This document shows, piece after piece, positions 27,626 to 39,135 of a stretch of DNA of 64,000 nt (positions are counted from its first letter, which is position 1; every line of letters starts with the position of its first letter). The notes beneath the pieces were generated by a model. It worked only from the letters and a program-made list of their open reading frames with translations, made no database searches and was not told where the DNA came from. The translations under genes and the position numbers were made by a program. Origin of the DNA: Sulfurimonas sp. (GTDB lineage: Bacteria > Campylobacterota > Campylobacteria > Campylobacterales > Sulfurimonadaceae); the NCBI GenBank assembly GCA_002899765.1, contig PPDH01000042.1:28284-92283 (forward strand), read 5' to 3'.

Positions 27626-28177
27626 ATGCAAAAATATTTAATAACATCAGAAGAATTTTACACGAATATTCCGGAAATTTTTCTCTCTAAAATGAATTTA
27701 CAACTCAAAAAACATCGCCCTTCACATGTTCTTTATAGAGATAAATCAAATCAAAACTATAGCAAACTCTCTTCTGTTTTTGCAGCGGTTTGTGCTGAGT
27801 ATAAAGATATAAAAAGTTTTATACATCAAGATATCGAGTTATCAAAAGAGCTACATGTCAGTGGAGTCCATCTTACGTCTGCACAATCACATGAGATAGT
27901 AAAAGCAAAAGAGTTAAATCTTGAAGTTATCATCAGCACACATACACACGAGGAGGTTTTGCAGGCTCAAAAACTGGGTGCCGATGCGGTAACTTACAGT
28001 CCGATTTTTGCATCGCCTGAGAAAGGCAGACCAAAGGGAGTAGAAGATTTAAAGGAACTCTTAGAAATATGCGAGATAAAGGTTTTCGCGCTTGGCGGGA
28101 TTGTGACAAAAGAACATGTAGATATGATTGCGCAGACGAAGGCTTACGGGTTTGCTTCTATCAGATACTTTTATTAG
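27626..28177 (+). CDS. Thiamine-phosphate synthase family protein (ThiE/TenI-like)
   Basis: Motifs VSGVHLTS, ISTHTHEE, GADAVTYSPIF and VFALGGI are present. I prefer the ATG at 27626 (MQKYLITSEE) over the ORF-track start at 27515, which would run through the nrdD promoter region. Confidence 0.6.
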   Translation: MQKYLITSEEFYTNIPEIFLSKMNLQLKKHRPSHVLYRDKSNQNYSKLSSVFAAVCAEYKDIKSFIHQDIELSKELHVSGVHLTSAQSHEIVKAKELNLEVIISTHTHEEVLQAQKLGADAVTYSPIFASPEKGRPKGVEDLKELLEICEIKVFALGGIVTKEHVDMIAQTKAYGFASIRYFY

Positions 28178-28179
28178 AG

Positions 28180-29424
28180 TTATTTCATAACTTTTCCCGC
28201 TAAATATCCGCTGGAAAAACTCCACTGCAGATTGTAGCCTCCGCATGGGCCGTCAAGATTTACAACTTCTCCGCAAAAATACAAACCGTTGATAATCTTG
28301 CTTTGCATATTTTTTGGATTTATCTCTTTTAAATCAACTCCTCCGCGGGTAATCATGGCCATTTTAAAGCCCTCATGACCCGTGATTGTAAGCGGCGTCC
28401 AAGCAAGCAGACTTATCAGTTTTGCTTTTGGTGCTCCTGCAATTTTGCCGTATGTCACTTTTGTGTCTACTTCTGCGAGTTGACATAACGCATTTGAGAG
28501 AGAAGTCGGTGCAATTGTGGATAAAAGTTCAATAATAGTTGCATGCGGATTTTTTATTGCCTCATTTTTAAGATGCTTTGCAATCTGATCTTCATTCATT
28601 CCTTTTGTGAGATTTAACATAATCGGTACTTCGCCGTATTTGTCTAAAAGCGGGGTCAAATCTCTTGCCGCATCCAAAACAACGGGACCTCGCAAGCCGT
28701 TTTTTGTAAAGATTAAATCTCCGTGTACTCTTAGTTTGCTATGTTTTTTTAAAGCAACTCTAAGTTCTACTTTTGCTATGGTATCCGCACGGCAGCTCTC
28801 AACCCACTTCTCTTTGACATGTAGGGGCATCATGGCAGGATGCAGCTCTGTTACTTTGTGCCCAATCTCTTCTGCCATGTCATGTCCGTCGCCCTCGGCT
28901 CCAAGAGAGGGGTATCCAAGCCCGCCTGTTGCAACTATGACGTTTTTTGCGTAAAAAGTTTGTGTATGAGTTTTGACTCCGATGATTTGAGTGTCTGCAT
29001 GTAGAAGTTTTTCGACCTTTTGCGAGGTTAAAATCTCCACGCCGACCCTTTGCATCTCTTCTAAAAGCGCTGAAATAATCGTTTGTGAGCTATGTGAGAG
29101 AGGAAAAACTCTAAAGCCGTCGGGTGCATGAGTCTCAACACCTATCTCTCTAAAAAAGTTTATAAGGGCTTTGTGGTCAAACTCTTTTAAAGCATCCTGC
29201 ATAAAACGGCCGTTGCTACCGAATTTTGCCATGAAATCTTCACTGCTTAGGGTATTTGTAAGATTGCAGCGTCCGCCGCCAGTAGCTTTTAATTTTGCAC
29301 CTACGAGGGATAATTTTTCCAAAAGAAGAACGCTTTTTCCTTCTCTTGCGGCAGTTATAGCCCCAATCATTCCTGCAGGTCCGCCGCCGACAACTATAAG
29401 ATCGTACTCTTTTTTAAAATTCAT
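28180..29424 (-). CDS. HI0933/BaiN-like FAD-dependent flavoprotein
   Basis: 414 aa with an N-terminal dinucleotide fold (YDLIVVGGGPAGMIGA), GGGRCNLTN, and a C-terminal FCGEVVNLDGPCGGYNLQWSFSSG typical of the HI0933 family. Confidence 0.75.
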   Translation of the reverse strand: MNFKKEYDLIVVGGGPAGMIGAITAAREGKSVLLLEKLSLVGAKLKATGGGRCNLTNTLSSEDFMAKFGSNGRFMQDALKEFDHKALINFFREIGVETHAPDGFRVFPLSHSSQTIISALLEEMQRVGVEILTSQKVEKLLHADTQIIGVKTHTQTFYAKNVIVATGGLGYPSLGAEGDGHDMAEEIGHKVTELHPAMMPLHVKEKWVESCRADTIAKVELRVALKKHSKLRVHGDLIFTKNGLRGPVVLDAARDLTPLLDKYGEVPIMLNLTKGMNEDQIAKHLKNEAIKNPHATIIELLSTIAPTSLSNALCQLAEVDTKVTYGKIAGAPKAKLISLLAWTPLTITGHEGFKMAMITRGGVDLKEINPKNMQSKIINGLYFCGEVVNLDGPCGGYNLQWSFSSGYLAGKVMK

Positions 29425-29467
29425 ACGATATTTTAGTGTAATTACTGCTTTTTTGCATACTCAAAAT

Positions 29468-30218
<751 letters not shown>

Positions 30219-30226
<8 letters not shown>

Positions 30227-33200
30227 GATTTTTATAACCTAAGGAGAAATTGTAGAGGGCAGGAAGATAAAAAAGATTTAGTATCGTTCCCCATAAAAGC
30301 CCAAAGCCGATAGCAATAGCTAGCGGTTGAAATGTCACGGCTTGTGCCGTTGCAAAAAACATTAGTGATGAAAGCCCTATGATTGTAGTGACGGATGTAA
30401 GCATAATTGGTCTAAATCTTCTTGCGGCAAGAGTGAAAATATCATCTTTATGTGTTGCAGTTTTTATTGTTGCCATCATTAATATGCCGTCATTTACAAT
30501 AACGCCTGCCAATCCCAAAGCGCCGATAAGAGAGGGCAGGGAGATATTAAGACCCATGATAAAATTACCTGTATAAACGCCAAGAAGCGAGAAGGGTATA
30601 ACCGACATTACTATGAGAGTTTCTCTTATGGAGTTAAAAAGATACAAAATAGAGATAAAGATTAAAACCATGGCAACTATTGATGCAAGTATCATCTCTG
30701 ACTGCATGCTCTTTTTTTGCTCGGCTTCTCCTTTAAGTTTTAACTCTAATCCTTCTTCTCTTAATTTGAGGATTGTCGGTTCTATTTTTTGCAACACTTC
30801 CGTTGCCGTTATTTTAGAGGGGTCTACATTTGCAAAAACATAAAAGGTCGTATGAGCGTCATCTTTAACAAGCATCTCTAAAGCGGTCACTTTTTCAAAT
30901 TCGCAAATATCTTCAAGCTTTACAAAGGTGTTGTCTTGCAGTGGAATTTCGAGTTTTTTAAAACTATCTAAATCATCTTTAAAGTTTAGCGATTTTATTT
31001 TTACGTCTAAAAGCTCTTTTCCGTCATAGATTGTGGCAATCTTAAGACTTAGGTAGAGTTTTGAGATATAGTTGCCTAGAAGTTTTTCGGTAATACCAAG
31101 CTCTTCACCGTAACTGTTGAGTTTAAGTTTAATCTCATCGGTACCGACTTTTATATTGTTGCCGAAATACTCTATGCCCTCAATGCTGCTAAAACTATCT
31201 TCAATTGTTTTGACGGCTCTTATCGCTTTTTGATAATCATCACTAATGACGCCAATGCGAATATCTGCTTTTGTGTTCCCCATCTTATTTTCTACTACCA
31301 TGAGGTTGTTTAAATTAAATCTATGTTTATACTTCTGCTCTTTTAGCCAAACTCTCAAATCTTTTGAAATATCCTGCGAAGATAGATCTCTGATTCTGCC
31401 TTTTGGATCATAATAAAAACTAAGGTAAGGCGTGATGTATTTATCTACAAAATTTTCAGGTTTCATTTTATGCAGCTCTAGTGATATATAGCCTACATAC
31501 GGGTATATTTCGGTAGTACCGGTAGCACTTCTTCTATATCCCGCAGTAGAGCTTACATGTTTTACAAAAAATCTTTTTTGTTGTTTTAGAATCTCTTTTT
31601 CCAAAGTCTGCACAATATTCAAAGACTCTTCAAGCGTTGTTGTGGGAGTTGCTTTAAAAGTGATGTTTATAGATGAGTCGTCAAAAGGCTGAAACATTTG
31701 AAATTTTGATTTTTGTACACCGTAAAAGATTAAAAGAGGCACAATGATGATAAATGTCAACAGAAAACTTTTTTGATAACGAACAAGAAAACCTAAAGCT
31801 TTTTGATATAACAGATTTATTTTTTGCCATGAAAGCGTTTTTGATTTTGAATCTAAGATATGCGTAGCATGAATCGGTAGAAAAATAAACGACTCTATCA
31901 GTGAAGCGACAACAAGTGCGCTAAAGGCAATCGGTATAAGCTGTACTATCTCTCCAAGTTTTCCGCTTATCATTAAAAGAGGTATAAAAGAAAATATAGT
32001 GGTCAAAGAGGCTATGACTACAGGTTTTGCAACCTCTTTTGTTCCTAAAAAAGCCGCATCTTTTGCACTGTAGCCTTTCTCAATATACTGCTGGATATTT
32101 TCACTAACTACAATGGCATCATCGACAATAATCCCTATAGCGATTAAAACTCCGATAAGTGAATTTATATTGATACTGTGACCCGTAAAATAAAAATAGA
32201 TAGCACCCATAACAAAAGAGGTGGGAATACCCAGTGCAATAACAAGAGCCATTCGGATATTGATTAAAACTGCCGTAAGGAGAGTGATAAGAAGAACGCC
32301 GAATAAAATGTTTGATATAACAATGTTTAGCCTGTCTTTTATGATGGTTGAAGAATCCATTCTCACGCTAAACTCAATATCTTCAATCTTCATTTTAGAT
32401 ATGAGTCTGTTTATATCATCTGCTATGGTAATGGCATTGCCCTTTGGATTTTGAGATATAGCAAGCGTGATAGAGTTTTTTCCGTCCGTGCTTGCAAGAG
32501 TTGAGGCATCTTCATACTTCTTGCTTATAGAAGCTATATCTTTTAAGACAATTTGCTGATTGTTTATGTTGAGTATCGTATTTTCAAGCTCATGTGAGAA
32601 TTTTTTATCATTATGTGTTGATATAAAGTAAGGCTCTTTGGTGTTGTCTATCTTTCCTAGAGGAAATATGTAAGAGACTTCTGAGAAAAGACGCAAAACT
32701 TCGCTCATGGAGAGGTTGTATGCATTTACTTTTTTTTCATCAATCAAAACTTCATAAAAAAGTTCAGAATCTCCAAAGATAGTTACATCCGATATATCTT
32801 TGATAGATAGCAGTTTGCTTTTAAAGTTTTTGGACAGCTCTTTTAATTTGTCTCTAGAAACTTTTGAGGAGAGAATCGAGATATGCATAATGCTTCTTGA
32901 GTGGGCAACTCCTCTGATAACGGGATCGTCCATGTCACTAGGAAGATTGGTTTTCACAAGAGAGAGCGCATCTTCGGCGTCACGAATAGCAGCTGCTTTA
33001 TCTACTCCTTTGTCAAGTTCAAGGATTACGCTGAATTTTCCAGGTGTTATTACGGATGAGACGCTCTGTACACCTGTAATATTTTTAACTTCATCTTCTA
33101 TCTCTTGAACCGCCATAGTGTTTAAGCTATCTACCGAAGCTCCTTGGTACGAGCCTCGAATGGTTATAGAGTCAGGTTCGATTGCAGGAGATATCTCTTT

Positions 33201-33305
33201 TGGTATTTTTGTATAAGAGTAGATACCCACTGCAAAAACTAAAAAAAACAGAGTGTAATTTACTTTATAGTTCTCAATAAAAAACTTTATTATTCTTTCA
33301 AACAT
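30219..33305 (-). CDS. RND-superfamily (AcrB-like) inner-membrane transporter, with no adjacent adaptor or outer-membrane partner
   Basis: 1028 aa with 12-TM/2-loop RND architecture and typical segments (GIIVDDAIVVSENI, VIPFSLLGV, GVIVNDGILM). It overlaps tonB by 8 nt. Confidence 0.8.
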
Positions 33306-33335
33306 TTATTACACTTTTTCCTTTATCAACTGAAA

Positions 33336-34142
33336 TTACGCTCTATTTTCATAGCCATAAGATTCATGAGCCAGTATCGCAGCACCTAAAGAGGTCGTTA
33401 TCTGAGGAAACTCGGGGATAAAAATCCGTTTGCCCAACTCATTTTCGATTGCGCTGACAAGACCGCCGTTTAGTGCAGGGCCGCCGTCAAAGTAGATACC
33501 CTCTTTTATGCCGACTCGCTTTACCAGTTTGATGATTCTTTTTGCTATTGAGTAGTGAACGCCTGCTACGATATCTTCTACACTGTTGTCGTTGCCTAAG
33601 AGTCCTATGATTTCCGATTCGGCAAATACCGCACATGTACTGTTGATTGCCAGCGGCGTACCTTTTGATTTGAAGTGATATTCGCCTAATTCATCTACTT
33701 CAATCTCTAAATTCATAGCGACAACATCTAGAAATTTTCCCGTTCCTGCCGCACATCTGTCATTCATGGCAAAGTTGACTACATGTACTTCGCCATCTAG
33801 TGAAATGGCTTTTGAATCTTGACCGCCTATGTTTATGATGGTTCTGATGTCGCATTTTCCCTCTGCTGCCGCCATAGCACCCATAGCATTTGCGGTAATT
33901 TCGCTTATGTTTTCGTCCGCTTCTTTAAAAAGTTTTCTTCCATAGCCTGTAGCGACCGTATAGACCAAACTCTCCTCATCGACACCAAGCTCGTTTAGCA
34001 TCTCTTTGAGCGCTTGTTTTGCATATTTGTAAAACATACTTCCGCTCGCACTTATCTTATGTCCTGAGAGTTTTTTATTCTCATCCACAATCGCAATTTT
34101 AATCGCCGTTGAGCCTATATCTATTCCCGCAAAATAACGCAC
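33336..34142 (-). CDS. BcrAD/BadFG/HgdC-type ATPase ('archerase', activator of 2-hydroxyacyl-CoA dehydratase / double-cubane protein reductase)
   Basis: 268 aa with the ASKHA-fold N-terminus GIDIGSTAIKIAIV, IGGQDSKAI, and NDRCAAGTGKFLD (the cluster-bridging Cys motif of HgdC-like activases). It has a GTG start overlapping the upstream stop by 1 nt. Confidence 0.8.
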   Translation of the reverse strand: MRYFAGIDIGSTAIKIAIVDENKKLSGHKISASGSMFYKYAKQALKEMLNELGVDEESLVYTVATGYGRKLFKEADENISEITANAMGAMAAAEGKCDIRTIINIGGQDSKAISLDGEVHVVNFAMNDRCAAGTGKFLDVVAMNLEIEVDELGEYHFKSKGTPLAINSTCAVFAESEIIGLLGNDNSVEDIVAGVHYSIAKRIIKLVKRVGIKEGIYFDGGPALNGGLVSAIENELGKRIFIPEFPQITTSLGAAILAHESYGYENRA

Positions 34143-35407
34143 TATTGTCTCCTTTTTCTATTTTTAAGTGATTCTATAAAAGCTTCTATTCTTGTTGTTA
34201 ATTGTCCTAAATGGCTTGGAGAGTAGTCTGTCTCAAGATAGAGTATCGGCACTCCCGCCTTCTCCATCGCCTCTAAAACAGATCTCTGCTCCATCTCATA
34301 GACCTGACATCCTGCAAATGCCTGATAAACTACACCGTCGGCTTTATAGTCCCTAACTAGGTCCAATATTCTTCTTTTTCTATCCTCATTTTTGGTAAAA
34401 ATAGGGCAGGTGCATCCTTTGAGATATCTGTCTGCTATGGAATCAACCATATCGTACATAAGCCATTCATCCACGCTTACCATGTCATTGAACATTCTGT
34501 TTGACGAGCATGTTTCATCCGCTACGATAATAGCATCGGAGAGCTCTATCAAGAGAGGGATTTTGAGATTTGGAAATATCGGCGGCGAACCCGTATAGAC
34601 GATGCGAGGGCTTCTTTTTGAAGCTACGGCTACTTCATCTTTAACTCTCTGCTCACACTCATTTGCAAGAGCTTCCATTGCATCAATCCAGTTATCTATC
34701 TTGTCAAAGAAAAAAGCGTTGGTTACCAAAAACATATCCTTGCCCAAAATAGGGGAGGTTGCATTTTTTCTTAGTATATTTAGCTTATGGTAGAGATGCT
34801 GCGCATATCCCACTTTTTTAATGGCATCTTTTAGTTTTTTCCTTGAGAGTTTTGTGTTGAGGTTATTCGAGAGATCTTTCGTAAACTTTCTCACGCTTCG
34901 TCTCCAGTACTCTCTGCTCTCATGACTCTCTTTGGTTCTTGGAAACTCCATATCGTAAACTTCAAATCCCATGTTCTCTATAATCGCACCCGATTTTGCT
35001 TTTTGATCACATGTAGTAGGAGAGATAACGATATCGGGCTTGTCAGAGAAGTTGTTGGAAGCGAATTGTCCAACCGTCGCTTTTACCAAAGGGCATGATT
35101 TTGAGGGGAGCAGGTCGCTTCCTATCTCATCATCCGTGTAAAAACCGTTGCAAAGTCTTAGCGGAACCGCATCAAGCGCATGGATTATCTCAGATGGAAC
35201 TTGAATACACATGGTTCCGACTTTAGCTTTGTCGCTGTGAAGAGGCTCATGTTTACAATGCACTCTCTCATAGAGGTCGTAAAAGTACTCCATCGCTTTT
35301 GGAGTCTCTTTAAAATCATGTTTTATCTTCTCCAAAACGGCAGCAGCTTCCATCGCCTTATGGCGGTTTTGTCTCTCTTTTGGCGTCTCAATTTTATGTT
35401 CAGTCAT
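34142..35407 (-). CDS. HgdB/BcrB-family (2-hydroxyacyl-CoA dehydratase / double-cubane cluster protein-like) protein
   Basis: About 421 aa from the ATG at 35407 (GGAG ribosome-binding site; the ORF track's longer start at 35452 is less likely). It is Cys-rich with HgdB-family-like segments (PTTCDQKAK, DETCSSNRMF, GCTCPIF, FAGCQVY) and is translationally coupled to the activase gene. Confidence 0.65.
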   Translation of the reverse strand: MTEHKIETPKERQNRHKAMEAAAVLEKIKHDFKETPKAMEYFYDLYERVHCKHEPLHSDKAKVGTMCIQVPSEIIHALDAVPLRLCNGFYTDDEIGSDLLPSKSCPLVKATVGQFASNNFSDKPDIVISPTTCDQKAKSGAIIENMGFEVYDMEFPRTKESHESREYWRRSVRKFTKDLSNNLNTKLSRKKLKDAIKKVGYAQHLYHKLNILRKNATSPILGKDMFLVTNAFFFDKIDNWIDAMEALANECEQRVKDEVAVASKRSPRIVYTGSPPIFPNLKIPLLIELSDAIIVADETCSSNRMFNDMVSVDEWLMYDMVDSIADRYLKGCTCPIFTKNEDRKRRILDLVRDYKADGVVYQAFAGCQVYEMEQRSVLEAMEKAGVPILYLETDYSPSHLGQLTTRIEAFIESLKNRKRRQ

Positions 35408-36380
35408 CTTTTTTCTCCAACTTATCCATCTCCATCCTTTTTGCAAAGCCACCTTTTGTCGATGTAAATAGCTTCATATTTAAAATATCTACATGCAGGG
35501 CATCATCCTCAGTACAAGCGGCTACACACTTCATACAAAAGATGCAGTCGTCTCTGAGTATATTTGTACTTTTGACATCATCGGCGATATCTTTTATCTG
35601 CATATCGCAGACATTGTAGCAGTCACCGCATTTTGTACATTTGTCGCCCTCTTTTTTGAGTTTTAAAAGTGCGGCGTCGCTAAATATGTAGTGCATGGCA
35701 CTCATCGGGCAAAAAAAGCAGAAAAACCTTTTCTTAAAAAATGACCCAATAAGAAAAAGACCTGTGAAAATCAGGCCCAGTGTAGTGAGTATCATCGCTG
35801 TTTTTGTTGAAAAATCCAAGCTCCACTGAGATACATCGCCTACAAAAAGAGGTGTTATCATCCTGCCGGGGCATATTTCGCAAAATGCGGTTCTCCACTC
35901 GCCGCCAAGAAGCCCCATGCCAACACCCATCGGTGCTAAAATCACAAGGGCTAGCATGATATATTTTATCTTTTTGAGCTTGTCAAACTGAGGCTGTGTG
36001 TAGCTGCTAAATCTAATGCCCATCTTTTTTCGCAGTCCCGTAATCCAGTCCTGCATAGTTCCAAGAGGACAGGCATAGCCGCACCATGCTTTGTTAAAGA
36101 TGATAAACCAGAGTAAAAAAGTGACAAAACCGATTAAAACCGAAATGCTTGCCGCACTAAAGAGTACATCCAAAGGGCGGGCAAGCTGATGCTGAAGCGG
36201 CAGAAAATAGCACATTCCTCCGACTTCTCTATCATATCCGCAGGAAAAAACAGGAATGCTGTTTCCCAGATTGATGGCAAAGTAACCGCCGTAGATAAAG
36301 ATGACAAAAAAGAAGAGCTGCAGCCAAAATCGAAACTTTCTGATATCTGCCTTATTGATAAAATCTCTAATCCTTTTCAT
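35400..36380 (-). CDS. NapH/NosH-like membrane polyferredoxin (4 TM plus two cytoplasmic 4Fe-4S motifs)
   Basis: CGYACPLGTMQDW and CFFCPMSAM membrane CxxCP motifs, with a C-terminal CTKCGDCYNVC ... CIFCMKCVAAC. The preferred start is MKRIRDF at 36380 (AAAGAGG ribosome-binding site). Confidence 0.7.
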   Translation of the reverse strand: MKRIRDFINKADIRKFRFWLQLFFFVIFIYGGYFAINLGNSIPVFSCGYDREVGGMCYFLPLQHQLARPLDVLFSAASISVLIGFVTFLLWFIIFNKAWCGYACPLGTMQDWITGLRKKMGIRFSSYTQPQFDKLKKIKYIMLALVILAPMGVGMGLLGGEWRTAFCEICPGRMITPLFVGDVSQWSLDFSTKTAMILTTLGLIFTGLFLIGSFFKKRFFCFFCPMSAMHYIFSDAALLKLKKEGDKCTKCGDCYNVCDMQIKDIADDVKSTNILRDDCIFCMKCVAACTEDDALHVDILNMKLFTSTKGGFAKRMEMDKLEKKDD

Positions 36381-39123
36381 TGAAAGATACCTCTTTAAAC
36401 GGTTTTTGTCTTCTTGCTCTATACCAGTAGATAGCAAATCCGGATACGATTATACTTAGCAGAGCCGCAGATAATCCGTAGGCGTAAGAGCTGTACTGTG
36501 AGCTGTTTGGATAGTAGAAAGAGGGATATGTTGCGCTATATCTAATCTTCTCATACTTTGTACTGTTTATATCTCCCTCTATATCTCTCATGTAAGATGC
36601 CGTTAATAAAAACTCGTTTTTATATCTTTTGTTAAATTCGCTCCACTTTGGAAAATAGTCTTCAATAAGCTCAAAAGTTGCAACTCCATCTTTATCGGTT
36701 TTTAGACTCTTAGACCAGAGAGTTTTTGTGCTTAGCTTTACATCCGCTCCCTCAAGAGGCTCTCCCTCAAGCAGAACCTGAACTCTTATCTTTTCGCCAG
36801 AGTATAGATTGTGGTAAAAAGTCTCATCATCTTCTCTGATTCTTACTATATCAAAAGGAGTCTCTTTGATTGTATGTGCTGCCATCTTCTCTTTGTCATA
36901 AACTGCATCGTTACTGTGGTTAAATCTCATAAACTCATACTTTGCGGTTTTTACATGCAGTGTATCGTCATGTATCTTTTTATCTATATAAAAAAGGTTG
37001 TAGTACCCGTTGTCGGGCATTTTAAAGCTTACGGATTTGCATCCCGGGCTTTTTGAAGCTGCTGTCTGTGTTGTGTTTAGATTTGCATCAAGCAGGTATA
37101 GCTCCGCTTCTATCGTGCCTAGACAATTTTTGTTGCCCATGTCGTCTTCAAAAACAGGCCACACCTCTTTTGTCGGAACTCTATCTCTTGCTCCGCCGTG
37201 ATTGTGTCCGCCGCCGTAACCTTTTTTCTTGATTGCAGGATTTTCCTGTGAAAAATATATGCTGTCGTTTATCGCAGGTTTTTTAAAAGTATATGTGTTT
37301 GCGGGTCTAAAATCTTTAAGAGCATTTTTATACGCTTCATCAAATGTAACAATCTCTCCGCCGTTTGCTTTTACAAACTCCAAGGCATCGTTTTTATCTG
37401 CAAAAGCAAACTTGCTGCTTTTTGTCATAATGCCTCTTTGTCTGCTTCCTAAAACATAATAAGCCTCTTTTGCGTTTATAAATTTTAAGCTCTTCGCATC
37501 AACAGCTTGAAGATCTTTTAGTTCTGTTTTGTTGATTGAGACCTCCTGCGCTAAACAGTGCATGGAGCAAAACTGTTTTATCTCACCGTTCTGTTTTGCC
37601 GCATGGTTGGCTTTGTAGGAGTTTGAGAGAGTCATACCGCATGTCGCACAGCTCTTTTTATCTTTGCCTTGTTGTAAAAGTGTCGCTTTATCGGCAGGAA
37701 CACTTTGGAAAAGTTTTTCGCTTCCGTGATTTCCATGTCCCCCTGATGCTTTGCCGTAAGTTTTAAATACATAACCCGTGTACATGTTGACACCGAGAAA
37801 AAAGATGATTAAAGAGGCTGCAAAAGGAAAAGCGGCTATTTTTCTTAGTCTTGACACTTCTAAGAGTTTTACTCTTTTGTATAGAATGATAACTGCCCAA
37901 ATGATTGCAACCCATTTTAGCAAACCAAATACATGTAGCCAGCCATCCCCTCTGTTTGCCAAAGGTGCCACATCTAAAGTAAATCCAAATCCATAAGCAA
38001 ATCCCTCTGTTATATGCTCGTAGCCTTTGAGAAAAAACATCTCAAGAGAATGGGCGATTGAACCGAGTATAAAGAGAGGCGCATAGGAGTATCCCAAATC
38101 ATAAAACGTAGCGTTAAAATCTTTTTTGAGTATTTTAGAGGCTATAAACATGCCTATAAGTGCGGCTGAAATAGTAAAAATAAGTGCATAAACAAAGGCA
38201 AACAAGCCGATAGTGTCGATAGAGCCAAAATCTATATAGTTTTTTAAAAATTCGGCTGTTTGCGACCAGATCATGATATCTGCTGCATTGCTTCTTCCAA
38301 TGCCGTGATGAAACGACATACTGATGGATATGGAAGCAAGGATAAGTATATATGCCCAAACCTCAGCTTTAAGGGGTTGAAGTTTTGAAAAAAGAGAAAA
38401 TGATGGCTTTTTAAATTTAAAACTAACGGCTTCACATGCGCTGCTGCAGTCCATGCAGAGCGTACAGTCCGTCATGGAGTTTCTGTTATCAAACGTAAAT
38501 GGTTTTAGATTGTAAGGACATGCAGTAGCACACTCAAAAGTTCTGCAATCGCTGCATGCGCTCTTGTATGTGCCAAGCCAAGTAAAAGAGAGTTTTGCAT
38601 AGGCTCTTGTAAATGTTCCGATGGGGCAGATGTATTTGCAGTAGCTCATATCTTTGTAGAGAAAGTAAACTACAAAAGCGATAAGCGTCATAACAGTAAA
38701 TAAAATCGCCGTGCCTTGAGCAGTTCTAAAGAGCCCAGGAAACATATAGTAAACGCCCCACCACCCAAATACAAGTAGCAGCACCCCTATAAATCTGTTT
38801 TGCATCCATTTTGGCATGGTTTTTTTAAGACCATATTTAGTGATATATTTTCCCATAAATCCATGAGGGCAGATACCACAAAAGATGCGTCCAAACGAGG
38901 GAAGAGTCAGAACCATAAACAAAGACCAGAAAATTCCCCAAAAAACAGCTGTGGTAAATGTGTTCTCTTTGCCGGTGTGTGCAAAACCAAAGTAAAGAGC
39001 GTATACAAACAGCACCGAGACTGCTATCTTTAATGAGAGTAGAAATTTTTGATTTTTAAACAAAAAACCAAGAATTGGTTTTGCATAAATATCATCTTTA
39101 TCACGTTTTATAAAATTTACCAT
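36367..39123 (-). CDS. 918-aa multidomain membrane protein: NapH-like polyferredoxin N-terminus, additional TM bundle, NosL-like metal-binding domain, DUF4198/NikM-like beta-sandwich, C-terminal TM anchor
   Basis: The polyferredoxin part reads FCGICPHG, YCKYICPIG, CSDCRTFECATACP ... CTLCMDCSSAC. The NosL-like part reads SCATCGMTLS...FCSMHC ... AKEAYYVLGS ... FVKANGGEIVTFDEAY. The DUF4198-like part reads GEKIRVQVLLEGEPLEGADVKL. The terminal TM is LSAALLSIIVSGFAIYWY. Confidence 0.6.
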   Translation of the reverse strand: MVNFIKRDKDDIYAKPILGFLFKNQKFLLSLKIAVSVLFVYALYFGFAHTGKENTFTTAVFWGIFWSLFMVLTLPSFGRIFCGICPHGFMGKYITKYGLKKTMPKWMQNRFIGVLLLVFGWWGVYYMFPGLFRTAQGTAILFTVMTLIAFVVYFLYKDMSYCKYICPIGTFTRAYAKLSFTWLGTYKSACSDCRTFECATACPYNLKPFTFDNRNSMTDCTLCMDCSSACEAVSFKFKKPSFSLFSKLQPLKAEVWAYILILASISISMSFHHGIGRSNAADIMIWSQTAEFLKNYIDFGSIDTIGLFAFVYALIFTISAALIGMFIASKILKKDFNATFYDLGYSYAPLFILGSIAHSLEMFFLKGYEHITEGFAYGFGFTLDVAPLANRGDGWLHVFGLLKWVAIIWAVIILYKRVKLLEVSRLRKIAAFPFAASLIIFFLGVNMYTGYVFKTYGKASGGHGNHGSEKLFQSVPADKATLLQQGKDKKSCATCGMTLSNSYKANHAAKQNGEIKQFCSMHCLAQEVSINKTELKDLQAVDAKSLKFINAKEAYYVLGSRQRGIMTKSSKFAFADKNDALEFVKANGGEIVTFDEAYKNALKDFRPANTYTFKKPAINDSIYFSQENPAIKKKGYGGGHNHGGARDRVPTKEVWPVFEDDMGNKNCLGTIEAELYLLDANLNTTQTAASKSPGCKSVSFKMPDNGYYNLFYIDKKIHDDTLHVKTAKYEFMRFNHSNDAVYDKEKMAAHTIKETPFDIVRIREDDETFYHNLYSGEKIRVQVLLEGEPLEGADVKLSTKTLWSKSLKTDKDGVATFELIEDYFPKWSEFNKRYKNEFLLTASYMRDIEGDINSTKYEKIRYSATYPSFYYPNSSQYSSYAYGLSAALLSIIVSGFAIYWYRARRQKPFKEVSFNEKD

Positions 39124-39135
39124 TTTTGTCCTTTG

